Part shown: positions 1 through 9,689 of the stretch, piece by piece
How the letters are laid out: each line of letters begins with the position of its first letter
How positions within the stretch are numbered: position 1 is the stretch's first letter
Assembly (NCBI GenBank): GCA_037190965.1
Contig: JBBCKI010000030.1
Span: forward strand, 74,884 to 138,883
Direction: 5' to 3'
DNA from: Chthoniobacteraceae bacterium
Lineage (GTDB): Bacteria > Verrucomicrobiota > Verrucomicrobiia > Chthoniobacterales > Chthoniobacteraceae
Length of the DNA: 64,000 nucleotides
Notes under the pieces: model-generated
What the model saw: only the letters and a program-made list of their open reading frames with translations
The model's database searches: none
Told to the model about the DNA's origin: nothing
Program-made: the position numbers and the translations under genes

Positions 1-198
1 GTAGGAAATCAGGAATCCGGTACCCAGCAATCCGGCCTTGAAATTCTCCTTGGGGTCGCCCGCCAGAAACTCCAGCTTGATCTGGGGGAGGACCGCCGTG
101 ATCAGGTAGCGGTCGAGGTAACAAAAAAGGTTGATGGCCAGCAGGAGCGCGACCGACATCTTCGCGCTGGAGCCGGTTTGGGAAGGTGGCTGATTCAT
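1..198 (-). CDS. MFS transporter, Spinster-like; 5' part only, runs off the left edge
   Basis: Manual translation from ATG at 198: MNQPPSQTGSSAKMSVALLLAINLFCYLDRYLITAVLPQIK...AGLLGTGFLISY. The N-x-x-x-Y-x-D-R helix-1 motif is typical of MFS/Spinster. Not in the ORF track. Confidence 0.8.
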   Translation of the reverse strand, partial: MNQPPSQTGSSAKMSVALLLAINLFCYLDRYLITAVLPQIKLEFLAGDPKENFKAGLLGTGFLISY

Positions 199-275
199 GC
201 GAACGCAGGTCGCATCCCGCGCCTTTGGAGGGCGAAATGCAAGACGATTTTTCCGGGATGGCTCGGGCTCCTCTT

Positions 276-437
276 GGTGCGGCAGCACCGGTAGCACGCT
301 CGCGCCGTCGAGCGTGGATATCGACTCCCGTGACTTCACGAGCGCTGCATCCCAATCACCAGAAGCCCATCCTGCGGGGATGGACGTCAAACGCGACTCG
401 GAAACCGATCCCGCGCTCTCGGCGAGAGCGGACTACC
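276..437. repeat. REPIN-like element: two inverted GTAG-type REP palindromes plus a 5' GGTGCGGCAGCACC mini-hairpin
   Basis: GGTAGCACGCTCGCGCCGTCGAGCG at 290 and CCCGCGCTCTCGGCGAGAGCGGACTACC ending at 437. Homologous copies at 7775, 23177, 23387, 38723 and 59540. Confidence 0.85.
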
Positions 438-475
438 TGCGGCGGGGCGGCCCTTTTCGCGCCCTTTACGGAAGA

Positions 476-504
476 TTGACCCGGGCGTGAGGCTCCACTA
501 GGTT
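476..504 (+). promoter_or_regulatory. Putative sigma70 promoter of purH
   Basis: TTGACC-N17-TAGGTT just upstream of the ATG at 516. Confidence 0.45.
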
Positions 505-515
505 TTAAGTTTCGC

Positions 516-2045
516 ATGAAGATCAAGCGCGCTCTCATTTCTGTTTCGGACAAAACCGGTCTCCTGGAGTTTGCCCGGGAACTTTCGACCCTCGGGGTCG
601 AAATCATTTCCACCGGCGGCACCGCCAAGCTCCTCCAGAGGGAGGGAATCGCCTGCACGGAAATCTCCTCCTTCACCGGCTTCCCCGAGATCATGGACGG
701 CCGGGTAAAGACCCTTCACCCGAAGGTGCACGGCGGCCTGCTTTTCCTGCGGGGCAACGAGGATCACGAAGCCCAGGCGAAAGCCAACGGCATCGAGCCG
801 ATCGACCTCGTGGTGGTGAACCTTTACCCGTTCGAATCGACCGTGGCGAAGGAAGGAGTCACGCTGGAGGAAGCCATCGAGCAGATCGACATCGGCGGCC
901 CTTCCATGCTCCGGAGCGCGGCGAAGAATTACCGCTCCGTCACGGTGGTGGTCGACCCCGCCGATTACGAAGACGTCCTCACCAGCATCCGCGATAACGA
1001 AGGCGGCACCACGCTGAAGCTGCGCGAGCGGCTCGCCATCAAGGTCTTCGTCACCACCTCCAAGTACGACGGCGCCATTGCGAACTACCTTAACAAAGAA
1101 CAGGAGACCACCTGCTCGTTCGCCGTCTCCATGCCGATCGCCGCCCGTCTCCGTTACGGTGAAAACCCTCACCAGCACGCGGCGCTTTACGGCAACTTTG
1201 ACGACTACTTCCAGAAGCTCCACGGCAAGGAACTCTCCTTCAACAACATCCTCGACATCACGGCGGCGTCGCAGTTGATCAGCGAGTTTTCCGAGCCGAC
1301 GGTGGCGATCCTCAAGCACACCAACCCGTGCGGCGTTGGCAGCGATGCGGACCTGCGGGCGGCTTGGGACAAGGCGTTTGCCACCGACAAGCAGGCTCCC
1401 TTCGGCGGCATCATTATCTGCAACCGCCCGTTGACGGAATCGCTCGCCCGGGCGATCAGCGAGATTTTCTCCGAGGTGATCATCGCGCCCGATTTCGACG
1501 CGGACGCACGCGCTCTCCTGCAAAAGAAGAAGAACCTGCGCCTGATGAAGCGCCTGATCGCTCCCGCCAAGGAAGAGCAGGAACTCGACATCCGTTCGGT
1601 CGTCGGCGGCCTGCTCGTGCAGGACCGCGACCGCGAGGAGCTCAAGGACCTCGAAAGCAAGGTCGTCTCGCAGCGCCCCCCGACGGCGGACGAAATGCGC
1701 GCGATGATGTTCGGCTGGAAAGTCGTCAAGCACGTCAAATCCAACGCCATCGTTTACGCGGGCAAAGACCGCACGCTCGGCATCGGTGCGGGCCAAATGT
1801 CGCGCGTGGACGCCTCGCGCATCGCCATCTGGAAGGCCAAGGACGCCGGGCTTTCGCTGACGGGCAGCGTGGTGGCCAGCGACGCCTTCTTCCCCTTCCC
1901 CGATGGCCTGATCGCCGCCGCCGAAGCGGGAGCAACGGCAGCCATCCAGCCCGGCGGCTCCGTTCGCGATCCCGAAGTCATCGCCGCCGCCGACGAGCGG
2001 AAACTGGCGATGGTCTTCACCGGCGTCCGGCACTTCAAACACTAG
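516..2045 (+). CDS. purH: Bifunctional AICAR transformylase / IMP cyclohydrolase
   Basis: [61 protein letters not shown] and C-terminal RHFKH. Confidence 0.98.
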   Translation: MKIKRALISVSDKTGLLEFARELSTLGVEIISTGGTAKLLQREGIACTEISSFTGFPEIMDGRVKTLHPKVHGGLLFLRGNEDHEAQAKANGIEPIDLVVVNLYPFESTVAKEGVTLEEAIEQIDIGGPSMLRSAAKNYRSVTVVVDPADYEDVLTSIRDNEGGTTLKLRERLAIKVFVTTSKYDGAIANYLNKEQETTCSFAVSMPIAARLRYGENPHQHAALYGNFDDYFQKLHGKELSFNNILDITAASQLISEFSEPTVAILKHTNPCGVGSDADLRAAWDKAFATDKQAPFGGIIICNRPLTESLARAISEIFSEVIIAPDFDADARALLQKKKNLRLMKRLIAPAKEEQELDIRSVVGGLLVQDRDREELKDLESKVVSQRPPTADEMRAMMFGWKVVKHVKSNAIVYAGKDRTLGIGAGQMSRVDASRIAIWKAKDAGLSLTGSVVASDAFFPFPDGLIAAAEAGATAAIQPGGSVRDPEVIAAADERKLAMVFTGVRHFKH

Positions 2046-2061
2046 CCTCCGACCTCCTGAA

Positions 2062-2802
2062 ATGAACACCTTGCGCCTCGGCGTCAATATCGACCACGTT
2101 GCCACGTTGCGGCAGGCGCGCTATGCGGGTGCCTACGGCACGCATAACTGCGAACCCGATCTCGTGGATGCCGCCGCGATCTGCGAACGCGCCGGGGCGG
2201 AGGGGATCACGATCCACCTTCGCGCCGACCGGCGGCATGTGGTGGACGAGGATGTTTACCTGCTCCGCAAGAGCCTGACGACGAAGCTCAACCTCGAAAT
2301 GGGGAACACGCCGGAGATCCTCGACATTGCCCTCCGCGTGCGGCCCGAGGATGTCTGCCTGGTTCCCGAGAACCGGCAGGAAGTGACGACCGAAGGAGGG
2401 CTCGATGTCGTCTCGCAAGCCGCCGCGCTGGAACCAACCATCCGGCAGCTCAAGGAAGCGGGCATCCGCATCAGCATGTTTATCGAGCCCGACGCGGCGC
2501 AGATCGACGCCACCGTGAAATTGGGTGCAGAGGTTGTGGAACTCCACACCGGCGCGTTTGCCAACGCCACCGGCGAGGCGCAGCTTGCCCAGGTGGAACG
2601 GATTCGGGAAGCGGCGGCCTACGCCCACCAGCGGGGGCTGCAAGTCAACGCCGGGCATGGCATCAACTACACCAATATCGCGCTGATCCGCCCAATTCCG
2701 TTTCTGGAGGAACTCAACATCGGCCACTCCATCGTTTCCCGCGCGGTCTTCGTCGGGTTGGAGAACGCAGTGGCGGAGATGCTTGCGGCCATGCGGGGCT
2801 AG
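2062..2802 (+). CDS. pdxJ: Pyridoxine 5'-phosphate synthase
   Basis: LGVNIDHVATLRQAR, HLRADRRH, TTEGGLDV, VNAGHG, ELNIGHSIV. Confidence 0.97.
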   Translation: MNTLRLGVNIDHVATLRQARYAGAYGTHNCEPDLVDAAAICERAGAEGITIHLRADRRHVVDEDVYLLRKSLTTKLNLEMGNTPEILDIALRVRPEDVCLVPENRQEVTTEGGLDVVSQAAALEPTIRQLKEAGIRISMFIEPDAAQIDATVKLGAEVVELHTGAFANATGEAQLAQVERIREAAAYAHQRGLQVNAGHGINYTNIALIRPIPFLEELNIGHSIVSRAVFVGLENAVAEMLAAMRG

Positions 2803-2877
2803 CCATGAAGGCGCAGACTTCCCGATGAGTTCCGATTCCATGACGATTTCGCAGGAAGCCCTGGAACAGCCCTTCAC

Positions 2878-2949
2878 GGCGTCGCGGAGCTCCGCCCTCC
2901 GGGTGGAACGCTGCATTACCTCTGACGGAGGGCGGAGCTCCGCGACGCC
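2878..2949. repeat. Perfect 24-bp inverted repeat with 24-nt spacer (REP-like hairpin)
   Basis: GGCGTCGCGGAGCTCCGCCCTCCG (2878-2901) and its exact reverse complement (2926-2949). Confidence 0.85.
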
Positions 2950-2981
2950 TCCCCCCTTCGCAATCGCCTGCTGAGCGCCCC

Positions 2982-3374
2982 ATGGAAATCCTCGGCACCG
3001 GCATCGATCTGGTCGAAAACGCGCGAATCGCGGCGTCGATTGAAAAATTCGGCGACCGTTTTCTAAACCGCGTCTTTCGCCCCGAAGAGCTGGCGTATTG
3101 CCGAACGATGCGGCACCCCACTCCGCATTACGCAGCCCGGTTCGCGGCCAAGGAAGCCGTGGCCAAGGCATTCGGCTGCGGCATCTCGGAGCGAATGGGC
3201 TTTCTCGACATCGAAGTGACCCGCAACGAGGCGGGCGCGCCCTCCATCGTCCTGCATGGCCCGGCTCGGGAACTGGCGACGGAACGCGAGGTCACGAAGA
3301 TCTTCCTTAGCCTGAGCCACACCGACAATTACTCGGTGGCCAACGTGATCTTGAGCGGTTCTACCGGGAAATAA
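2982..3374 (+). CDS. acpS: Holo-[acyl-carrier-protein] synthase
   Basis: GTGIDLVE, ARFAAKEAVAKAFG, LSLSH; pdxJ-acpS synteny. Confidence 0.96.
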   Translation: MEILGTGIDLVENARIAASIEKFGDRFLNRVFRPEELAYCRTMRHPTPHYAARFAAKEAVAKAFGCGISERMGFLDIEVTRNEAGAPSIVLHGPARELATEREVTKIFLSLSHTDNYSVANVILSGSTGK

Positions 3375-3419
3375 ACGGATTAGACAGCGCGACGACAATC
3401 GCCGGCTGCCGTCTACGGC

Positions 3420-3790
3420 TCAATTATTGGATTTAGGTTCTCTGGTGAATTCCTTGGTCTCGATTAAAACCCAAATCTCCTTCGGATCCTGCCCCTTCTC
3501 TACGCTCATTGAAAGGTTGTGTTTGCGGGCATAGGCACGGAAGCCGGAAATGAGGTCGGCGGAGTTGCGACACCAAAATGAGACCGACTCGGTCACCCGT
3601 TCGTCTGCAATCTCCTGAGAATAGACAGCCCCTCCCCATCTAAAGTCCTTGGCAGGCGGCAGCGGAAGGTTTCGAATGGCTGTTGAAAGCGGTCGATGAA
3701 AGCAATCTGCCGACTCACTTCTACGTGCCCAATGCTGTAACACCTGGGAGTAAGACAGCCAACACTGCGTGCAAATAATAGAGTTCTCAT
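3420..3790 (-). pseudogene. Probable frameshifted small exported or lipoprotein gene (cassette-like)
   Basis: ATG at 3790 gives MRTLLFA; a shifted frame continues AVLAVLLPG, then CYSIG (lipobox-like if joined); the frame ending at 3420 reads ...IRNLPLPPAKDFRWGGAVYS...IWVLIETKE. Reconstruction needs several indels. Confidence 0.3.
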
Positions 3791-3837
3791 CGAAGAGCAG
3801 ATTGCCGCGGATGCTGCGATTCCAGACGCAGAGGTTC

Positions 3838-3931
3838 TTGCTTGGCTGAGCTACCGTGCCAGCGCCGGTGGCAACGAATCCAAAACCAAACGTGATCGCT
3901 GGCACGGTTGGCTCCAGCGTTCTGGGTAGGC
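3838..3931 (-). mobile_element. Degenerate attC-like integron recombination site
   Basis: Minus strand, 7 nt after the stop of 3939..4172: GCCTACC-CAGAAC-GCTGGAGCCAACCGTGCCAGCG...CGCTGGCACGGTAGCTCAGC. The stem has two extrahelical bases, R'' is one mismatch from RYYYAAC, and R' (GTTRRRY) is missing. Confidence 0.55.
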
Positions 3932-3938
3932 TGCATGC

Positions 3939-4172
3939 TCATCGGAATAGATCGATGACTGGCCGATAAACACGCCCAAGAGGTTCGAACACTCCGACAC
4001 GCCTGCAAAGCTCCTCGAAGTGATCGCTCCCAAACATGAAATACTCACCTGCCGCGATTCCGAGTGGAAGAAAAACGAGAACGGGAATCATAACGGCAAG
4101 CCACGCGATTACAGGCATTCCCCGGCAAGATTCTGGATGTTTCCGGGTCACGACGTGTGACAGTTCAACCAT
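3939..4172 (-). CDS. Small hypothetical membrane protein (cassette-like)
   Basis: One hydrophobic segment, VIAWLAVMIPVLVFLPLGIAAG; followed directly by the attC-like site; start uncertain. Confidence 0.4.
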   Translation of the reverse strand: MVELSHVVTRKHPESCRGMPVIAWLAVMIPVLVFLPLGIAAGEYFMFGSDHFEELCRRVGVFEPLGRVYRPVIDLFR

Positions 4173-4385
4173 TCATTTGAATGTGTTTTGAAGAAGAATT
4201 TTGAATTGCGCGGGCAAATCATCGTAATGCCCAAATCCCTCCGTCATTCGTGTCAGGGAGGATGAAGAACCCCTTCCTTCAAGAGTTATCTTTTGAAGAT
4301 ACTTCAGCCCAGCGAACCAGAAAGTATGAGAAACATCAGCGAACGCCATGTATGGAAGAAGAAGGATCAAAAACGAGTGCCGCAT
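4173..4385 (-). CDS. Small hypothetical protein or fragment with signal-peptide-like N-terminus
   Basis: MRHSFLILLLPYMAFADVS...; AT-richer; its TGA is immediately followed in frame by the ATG of 3939..4172. Confidence 0.25.
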   Translation of the reverse strand: MRHSFLILLLPYMAFADVSHTFWFAGLKYLQKITLEGRGSSSSLTRMTEGFGHYDDLPAQFKILLQNTFK

Positions 4386-4878
4386 AATTTCTACCGAATG
4401 TTCAAGGCGAAGCATGACCCTTTCGAGAGATCCGGTTCGGTTAGCCTTCGAAGATTGCCGCCCATACTGAATCGTATCCTCCTTCTTCTCTTCTTGCCTT
4501 CATAATTGAAACCGATGCGTAAACCGAACTTGTCTCGCTAAAATTCTACCGATTGGCTTCGCGCTGTTTGCAATGAGCATGGTGACTGATGAGGCAAGTC
4601 GCGTTTTCATTTCCTTACGGAACGTTTTGCAGGTAGAAAAATATCTTTTGCATTTCTGTAGAACAATTAAAAATTTGGTCGAAACACCGACAGCCACTCA
4701 GCAGCCAATGTAATGCTCGCCGGTTTGTCCGGGCCATGAAGTCAGCCAGATCAGAGAATTCTGAAAACCTGGCCATGCTCCGCAACTTTTTGGGCGCTTT
4801 TTGGTTCATTCCCGAGAAGATAAACGGCAGTAGACAACGTAACGACAATCGGTAACGTAGACGGCACCCCACCCCCAA

Positions 4879-6144
4879 ATGCCAGAGTTTACCTACGTTG
4901 CACGCGGTTCGGACGGCAATCTTGCCCAGGGGACGATCCATGCCAATGACCGGTCGGCGGCGATCCGGCAGATTGAAGCGCTCAAGCGCATCCCCATCAG
5001 GATCGACGTGGCAGGCGCGGCTCCCGCCTCGCCCTCCGCCACCAAAGTCGCGACGACCGCTTCATCTTCCTCGTCCGCTTCGGCAGAGCCCACCCAGGGG
5101 GTTCCGCTGGCCCAGCTTTTTCTTTTCACCGAACAGTTGGCCCATCTTCTCTCGGCCGGGATGACGCTCGATGAGGCGCTTGGCATTCTCGTCCGCCGCC
5201 TCCAGCAGCCAAAACTCCAGGGCCTCTGCCGCTCGCTGCACCAGGGTTTGGTGGACGGGCGAAGCCTCTCGCTGTCGATGCGCGACTTTCCGAAAGTCTT
5301 CTCGCCGCTCTACGTCAACATGGTCTCGGCGGGCGAGGCGTCGGGGGCGCTTTCGCAGATCCTTCGGCGGCTGGTCACCCATCTCGCCGGGGTCAAAGCC
5401 TTGCGCGAACGGGTGCAACAGGCGCTGGTTTATCCTGCCGTCCTCGTCGTGGTGGGGATTGCGTTGATCATTGTGTTCATGACGGTGATGGTCCCGCAAC
5501 TCACCGGTTTCTTCACCTCCACAGGCCAGAAGCTCCCGCTGCCGACGGAGATCCTCCTCAAAGCCAATCACCTCCTGACCGGTTACTGGTGGCTAGCCGT
5601 GCTCGCGGGAGGCGCGCTCTTTGGCGGCTGGAAGGCTTTTACGCGCAACCCGGAAGGCAGGCTCTCGTGGGACCGCTTCGTCTGGAAGCTCCCGGCCATC
5701 GGGCGGATCCCCCGCTACCGGTTCTACGCGCAGTTTGCACGGACGCTGGGAACGCTGGTCGAGAACGGCGTCACGCTGCTCAAGGCGTTAGAACTGCTGG
5801 AGGACATCTCCGGCAACGAATGGGTGCGGCTCCAGATGGTGGAAGTGCGCAAGGCGGTGATGGACGGGGCGAGCCTTTCCAACGCGTTGCGCCAGCAGGC
5901 GCTCTTCCCGGAATTGTTTCTCGACATGATGGCGGTCGGCGAGCAAACCGGCCGGTTTGCGGACACGATGCAAATGATCGCCGACGTCCACGAACGCGAA
6001 CTCGACAAGCAGGTGCAATTTGTCTCCTCCCTGGTGCCGCCCGTGGTCATCGTCATGATCGCCGCCGTCGTCGGCCTCGTCGTCTTCGGCATTTTGGCCG
6101 CCGTATTCAACCTCACTTCGGGACTGCACCAAAATGTTCGCTAA
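4879..6144 (+). CDS. gspF: Type II secretion / type IV pilus inner-membrane platform protein (GspF/PilC family)
   Basis: FTEQLAHLLSAGMTLDEAL, LYVNMVSAGEASGAL, ALVYP, FARTLGTLVENGV, MMAVGEQTG. Confidence 0.93.
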   Translation: MPEFTYVARGSDGNLAQGTIHANDRSAAIRQIEALKRIPIRIDVAGAAPASPSATKVATTASSSSSASAEPTQGVPLAQLFLFTEQLAHLLSAGMTLDEALGILVRRLQQPKLQGLCRSLHQGLVDGRSLSLSMRDFPKVFSPLYVNMVSAGEASGALSQILRRLVTHLAGVKALRERVQQALVYPAVLVVVGIALIIVFMTVMVPQLTGFFTSTGQKLPLPTEILLKANHLLTGYWWLAVLAGGALFGGWKAFTRNPEGRLSWDRFVWKLPAIGRIPRYRFYAQFARTLGTLVENGVTLLKALELLEDISGNEWVRLQMVEVRKAVMDGASLSNALRQQALFPELFLDMMAVGEQTGRFADTMQMIADVHERELDKQVQFVSSLVPPVVIVMIAAVVGLVVFGILAAVFNLTSGLHQNVR

Positions 6145-6151
6145 ATCCCTC

Positions 6152-7228
6152 ATGAGAGCCAAAGCGGCACAAGCCCTCTTCGCCCTCCTTTTCCTCGGCG
6201 CGGAGCCCGCCGTCCGCGCGCAGTCCCTGGAGATCACGCCGACCCCGTTCAGCACCCTGATTGATTTCGACCAGCTCCGGCATCCCGCAGGCAAATCGCT
6301 GGAAGCGGCGCGGAGCCAGCCGATCTGGCTGGAAACCGTGCAGATCGTCGAGGGCGAGCAGGAGGCAGCGGACCGGCAAACCGTTTTTCGCATCCGGCTG
6401 CGCGCCCTTCCCGGGCTGAACGACTCCCTTCTGCTGCGGCTTTTTTTCCAGGACAAACCGAACGCGCATCCCATCGTGACCGGCTGGTCGGAAACCGGCG
6501 ACCGGCGCTATGCCACCCCACCCCTCGGGGCGGGACTGGAACTGACGGCTTCGGAATCGCTCGTCATTCCCACACAGGGGATTGATTATCTGGAGATTGC
6601 CGTTCCCGGGGATGGCTCCACGCTCCGGCAGGCGTTCCTGACCTCCCTGCGCAAGACGGAGACGAACGCCTCGTTCGACTTTGCGCCCCCCGCGCCCGTG
6701 AGCGACCCTTTTGAAGGCGGAGTCGATGGGTTGCCCGCGCTTCCCGCCGAGAACGACACGTTCCTTTTTGGCAGGACCCGGGCGACGCTGGAGGCCGGGA
6801 CGGTCAAGCTTTTGCCCCCAGATCACGGCGACTCCGAGGAGGATGATTCGCATACCGTCCATTTCGAGTTCAACCTGGAGAGCGCGCCGCTCATCGCCAT
6901 GGTCACCTTCCATGTGATCGGCGCGGACCCCGCCGCGCCGCTGCTGGCCTGGGCCAATGGGGACCCGGTGGGAGCCGTTGCGATGCAGCTTCCGGACCTT
7001 GCGGATCCCGGGTACAGCGGTGTGGCCCGCCCTCTGGAGAGAATGCGTTTCCAGTACGCCGGGTGGGTGCGTTGCCAGAAGGTCATCCCTGCCCGATCCT
7101 TGCGAGCGGGAAAGAATACGTTCACCTTGCAACTCCCGCCAAACTCCGCTCCAGTGGCCCTGCGCAAAATCGAGTTGCAGCTCAAGCATCACTGGCAGAA
7201 ACTTGATTATACCCTCATCCCTTTCTGA
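6152..7228 (+). CDS. Hypothetical exported protein
   Basis: Signal peptide (ALFALLFLGAEPAVRA-Q); beta-rich; tightly packed between gspF and gspG. Confidence 0.75.
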   Translation: MRAKAAQALFALLFLGAEPAVRAQSLEITPTPFSTLIDFDQLRHPAGKSLEAARSQPIWLETVQIVEGEQEAADRQTVFRIRLRALPGLNDSLLLRLFFQDKPNAHPIVTGWSETGDRRYATPPLGAGLELTASESLVIPTQGIDYLEIAVPGDGSTLRQAFLTSLRKTETNASFDFAPPAPVSDPFEGGVDGLPALPAENDTFLFGRTRATLEAGTVKLLPPDHGDSEEDDSHTVHFEFNLESAPLIAMVTFHVIGADPAAPLLAWANGDPVGAVAMQLPDLADPGYSGVARPLERMRFQYAGWVRCQKVIPARSLRAGKNTFTLQLPPNSAPVALRKIELQLKHHWQKLDYTLIPF

Positions 7229-7229
7229 A

Positions 7230-7760
7230 ATGACGTCGCACTCCACCCCTCGCCGACCTTCCGAAACCCAGCCGATCGTTCTCCGCCCCGCAAAGGCCCA
7301 GCCCCGGCAGGGTCCACGCCGCCAGGGCCGCCACGCGACAAAGCCGGCCCGGGGAAAAACCAAGGGCGGCTTTACGCTGCTGGAGATCATGCTGGTGGTG
7401 ATGATTATCGCCCTCCTCGGCGGCGCCGCCGTTTACTACATGGGCGGAAACATCGGCGTGGCCCAGGAAACCCGCGTCCGCAGCGATATTCAGGCCATCT
7501 CGACCCAGCTCAAGCTCTACCAGGCGCTCAACGGCTTCCTGCCGACCTCCGAGCAGGGGCTCAAGGCGCTGGTCACCCAGCCGACCACGGAGCCGAAGCC
7601 AAAAAGCTGGCGCGTGCTCTTCGACAAGATGCCGCAGGATCCTTGGAGCAACGACTACAACTACGCGGCTCCCGGGAAGCACAACCCGAACTCCTTCGAT
7701 CTCTTCTCCGCCGGCGCGGACCGCAAGCCCGGCACCCCCGACGATATCGGGAACTGGTAA
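7230..7760 (+). CDS. gspG: Type II secretion major pseudopilin GspG
   Basis: G|FTLLEIMLVVMII prepilin motif, PTSEQGLKALV, DPWSNDYNY, FDLFSAGAD...DDIGNW. Confidence 0.93.
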   Translation: MTSHSTPRRPSETQPIVLRPAKAQPRQGPRRQGRHATKPARGKTKGGFTLLEIMLVVMIIALLGGAAVYYMGGNIGVAQETRVRSDIQAISTQLKLYQALNGFLPTSEQGLKALVTQPTTEPKPKSWRVLFDKMPQDPWSNDYNYAAPGKHNPNSFDLFSAGADRKPGTPDDIGNW

Positions 7761-7774
7761 TAGGGGGATGACCG

Positions 7775-7920
7775 GGTAGACCGCTCTCGCCGAGAGCGCG
7801 GGCATCGACTCCCGTAGCTCCATGAGAGCTTCATCCCAGTACCGAGAGCTTATCCTGCGGGGATGAGTACCAAGCGCGACTCGCAAACCTATCCCGCGCT
7901 CTTGGCGAGAACGGTCTACC
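7775..7920. repeat. REPIN-like element, complete copy
   Basis: GGTAGACCGCTCTCGCCGAGAGCGCGGG...CCCGCGCTCTTGGCGAGAACGGTCTACC; internal CATCCC...CCTGCGGGGATG core shared with other copies. Confidence 0.85.
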
Positions 7921-8007
7921 AAGGGCCTCTCCAATCGGGTGCTTTTCCGTGCATCCAGGAATAGGGAATCTGTTGGAATGAGAGGGCATGGGAGGTAGGT
8001 TGAATCA

Positions 8008-9486
8008 ATGCCAACCTCTTCCAAAGCGATCTCCCCACTGCTGAACGCACCGGGCGGATTCGTCGGCAGGCGATGGATTCGCGATGCGGCCCGCTTTTTC
8101 GCGGTACGCAACCCCGCTACCGGAGAACTGCTCGCGCGGCTTCCCGCGCTGGGAGCCAAAGAGACGGAAGCCGCCATTGCGGCGGCGGATGAAAACATGC
8201 ACCACGCACGGCTCTCGCCGTCATCCCCGGAAACCCGGGCGCAATGGCTTCGATCCATCGCCGGGCTTCTCCTCGAAAACCGCGAAGAGCTGGCCCGCAT
8301 CATCACGATGGAACAAGGCAAACCTCTGGAGGAAGCCCGCACGGAGGTCGACTACGGCGCGGGGTTTTTCCAGTTCTTTGGCGACCCGCTCAATGGACGC
8401 GAACTCGCCCCCCGGCGATTGAAGGGGAAGATCCGCGGCTGCGGCTGGACGGTGCATCACCGCCCGACGGGCGTCGCGGCGCTCATCACCCCGTGGAACT
8501 TCCCGCTCGCGATGCTGGCTAAAAAACTGGCGGCCGCGCTGGCGGCCGGATGTGCCGTCGTCGTCAAACCCTCCGAGTTGACCCCACTGACCAGCGTCGC
8601 TCTCTGGAAATTGCTGGAGAAGGTGGATCTTCCCACAGGCCAGGCCAATTTCCTGGTCGGCCCGCCTGCCGCGATCGGCGGCGCGCTCTGCCGCGACGAA
8701 CGGGTGCGGCTATTGAGCTTTACCGGCTCCACCGCCGTGGGGCGGCTTCTCTATCGCCAATCCGCCGGGACGCTCAAGAGACTGGCTTTGGAACTGGGCG
8801 GGAATGCGCCGTTCATCGTTTTCGAAGACGCCGATCTCGACGCTGCCGTTGACGCCCTGGTGGCCAATAAGTTCCGGTGCGCGGGGCAAACCTGCGTCTG
8901 CACCAACCGCGTCTACCTGCACCGCCGCATCCACCCGCCGTTTGTGGAAGCACTGACAGAGCGGGTCCGCGCGCTGAAGGTGGGCAATGGGCTTGAGCCA
9001 GGCACCCAGATCGGCCCGCTCATTAACCGGGAGGGGTTTCGCAAGGTTTCCGCGCATGTCGCCGACGCCCTGCGCCGGGGGGCAAAGCGGGTAACCGGGG
9101 CCGCTCCGAAAGCCCACGAAAAGGAGTGGGGACTCTATTTTCCGCCCACGGTGCTCACCGGAGCGACCTCGGAAATGCGGGTGTTCCGGGAGGAGACGTT
9201 CGGGCCCGTGATTTCCATCGCCTCGTTCGCGACGGAGGCCGAGGTGATCCGGGCAGCCAATAGCACCCCCTATGGTCTGGCGGCTTACTGCTTCACTCAG
9301 GATGCCGCCCGCGCCGAACGTATCGCCCCGGCGCTTGCCTTTGGGCATCTCGCGATCAATAGCGGCACCGGCCCGACGCCGGAGGCACCTTTCGGTGGAT
9401 GCAAACAATCGGGCTTTGGGCGCGAAGGCGGACTGGAAGGGTTGCTGGAGTTTTGCGAGACGCAATCCGTAGCGACGGCTGGCTAA
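8008..9486 (+). CDS. gabD: NAD(P)-dependent succinate-semialdehyde dehydrogenase (ALDH family)
   Basis: ITPWNFP, SFTGST, LELGGNAP, GQTCVC, EETFGP, PFGGCKQSGFGREG. Confidence 0.88.
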   Translation: MPTSSKAISPLLNAPGGFVGRRWIRDAARFFAVRNPATGELLARLPALGAKETEAAIAAADENMHHARLSPSSPETRAQWLRSIAGLLLENREELARIITMEQGKPLEEARTEVDYGAGFFQFFGDPLNGRELAPRRLKGKIRGCGWTVHHRPTGVAALITPWNFPLAMLAKKLAAALAAGCAVVVKPSELTPLTSVALWKLLEKVDLPTGQANFLVGPPAAIGGALCRDERVRLLSFTGSTAVGRLLYRQSAGTLKRLALELGGNAPFIVFEDADLDAAVDALVANKFRCAGQTCVCTNRVYLHRRIHPPFVEALTERVRALKVGNGLEPGTQIGPLINREGFRKVSAHVADALRRGAKRVTGAAPKAHEKEWGLYFPPTVLTGATSEMRVFREETFGPVISIASFATEAEVIRAANSTPYGLAAYCFTQDAARAERIAPALAFGHLAINSGTGPTPEAPFGGCKQSGFGREGGLEGLLEFCETQSVATAG

Positions 9487-9581
9487 TTTTAGCCAACACG
9501 CTGGCCTGAATGGCTAAATTCTCACCCGCAATCGACCATGGGTCTGGGAGGTTGAAGAGGGGTTCTTCAGAAAATCTAAAA

Positions 9582-9612
9582 TTATAAGTCGTTTATTACA
9601 AGCGACTTATAA
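9582..9612. promoter_or_regulatory. Palindrome TTATAAGTCG-N11-CGACTTATAA, candidate protein-binding site
   Basis: Perfect 10-bp arms; a degenerate copy (TAAGTCG-N11-CACGATA) at 10714 precedes the paralogous gene. Confidence 0.5.
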
Positions 9613-9637
9613 AATATTCATTTTATTTCCACATCAG

Positions 9638-9654
9638 TTGGCAAGGGGGCTGCT
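9638..9654 (+). promoter_or_regulatory. Putative sigma54 (-24/-12) promoter
   Basis: TTGGCAAGGGGGCTGCT has GG-N10-GC spacing, 35 nt upstream of the ATG at 9690, after an AT-rich tract. Confidence 0.55.
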
Positions 9655-9689
9655 AAAGGCCGGAATCGCAAGATTCAACCATCCCTTAT

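Noticed and set aside
186..490. Short ORFs over REP-containing intergenic regions (also 23028-23608, 31284-31688, 38510-39033)
   Set aside because: They are translations of the repeat elements (recurring WCGSTGSTLAP or LAxLAxLAR peptides), not genes.
200..515. ZMP/ZTP (pfl) riboswitch upstream of purH
   Set aside because: No recognisable pfl consensus; the region is taken up by a REPIN and the putative promoter lies just before the ATG.
4500..4941. ORFs 4500-4697 and 4615-4941
   Set aside because: No motifs, atypical composition, and overlap with the gspF upstream region or start; probably non-coding.
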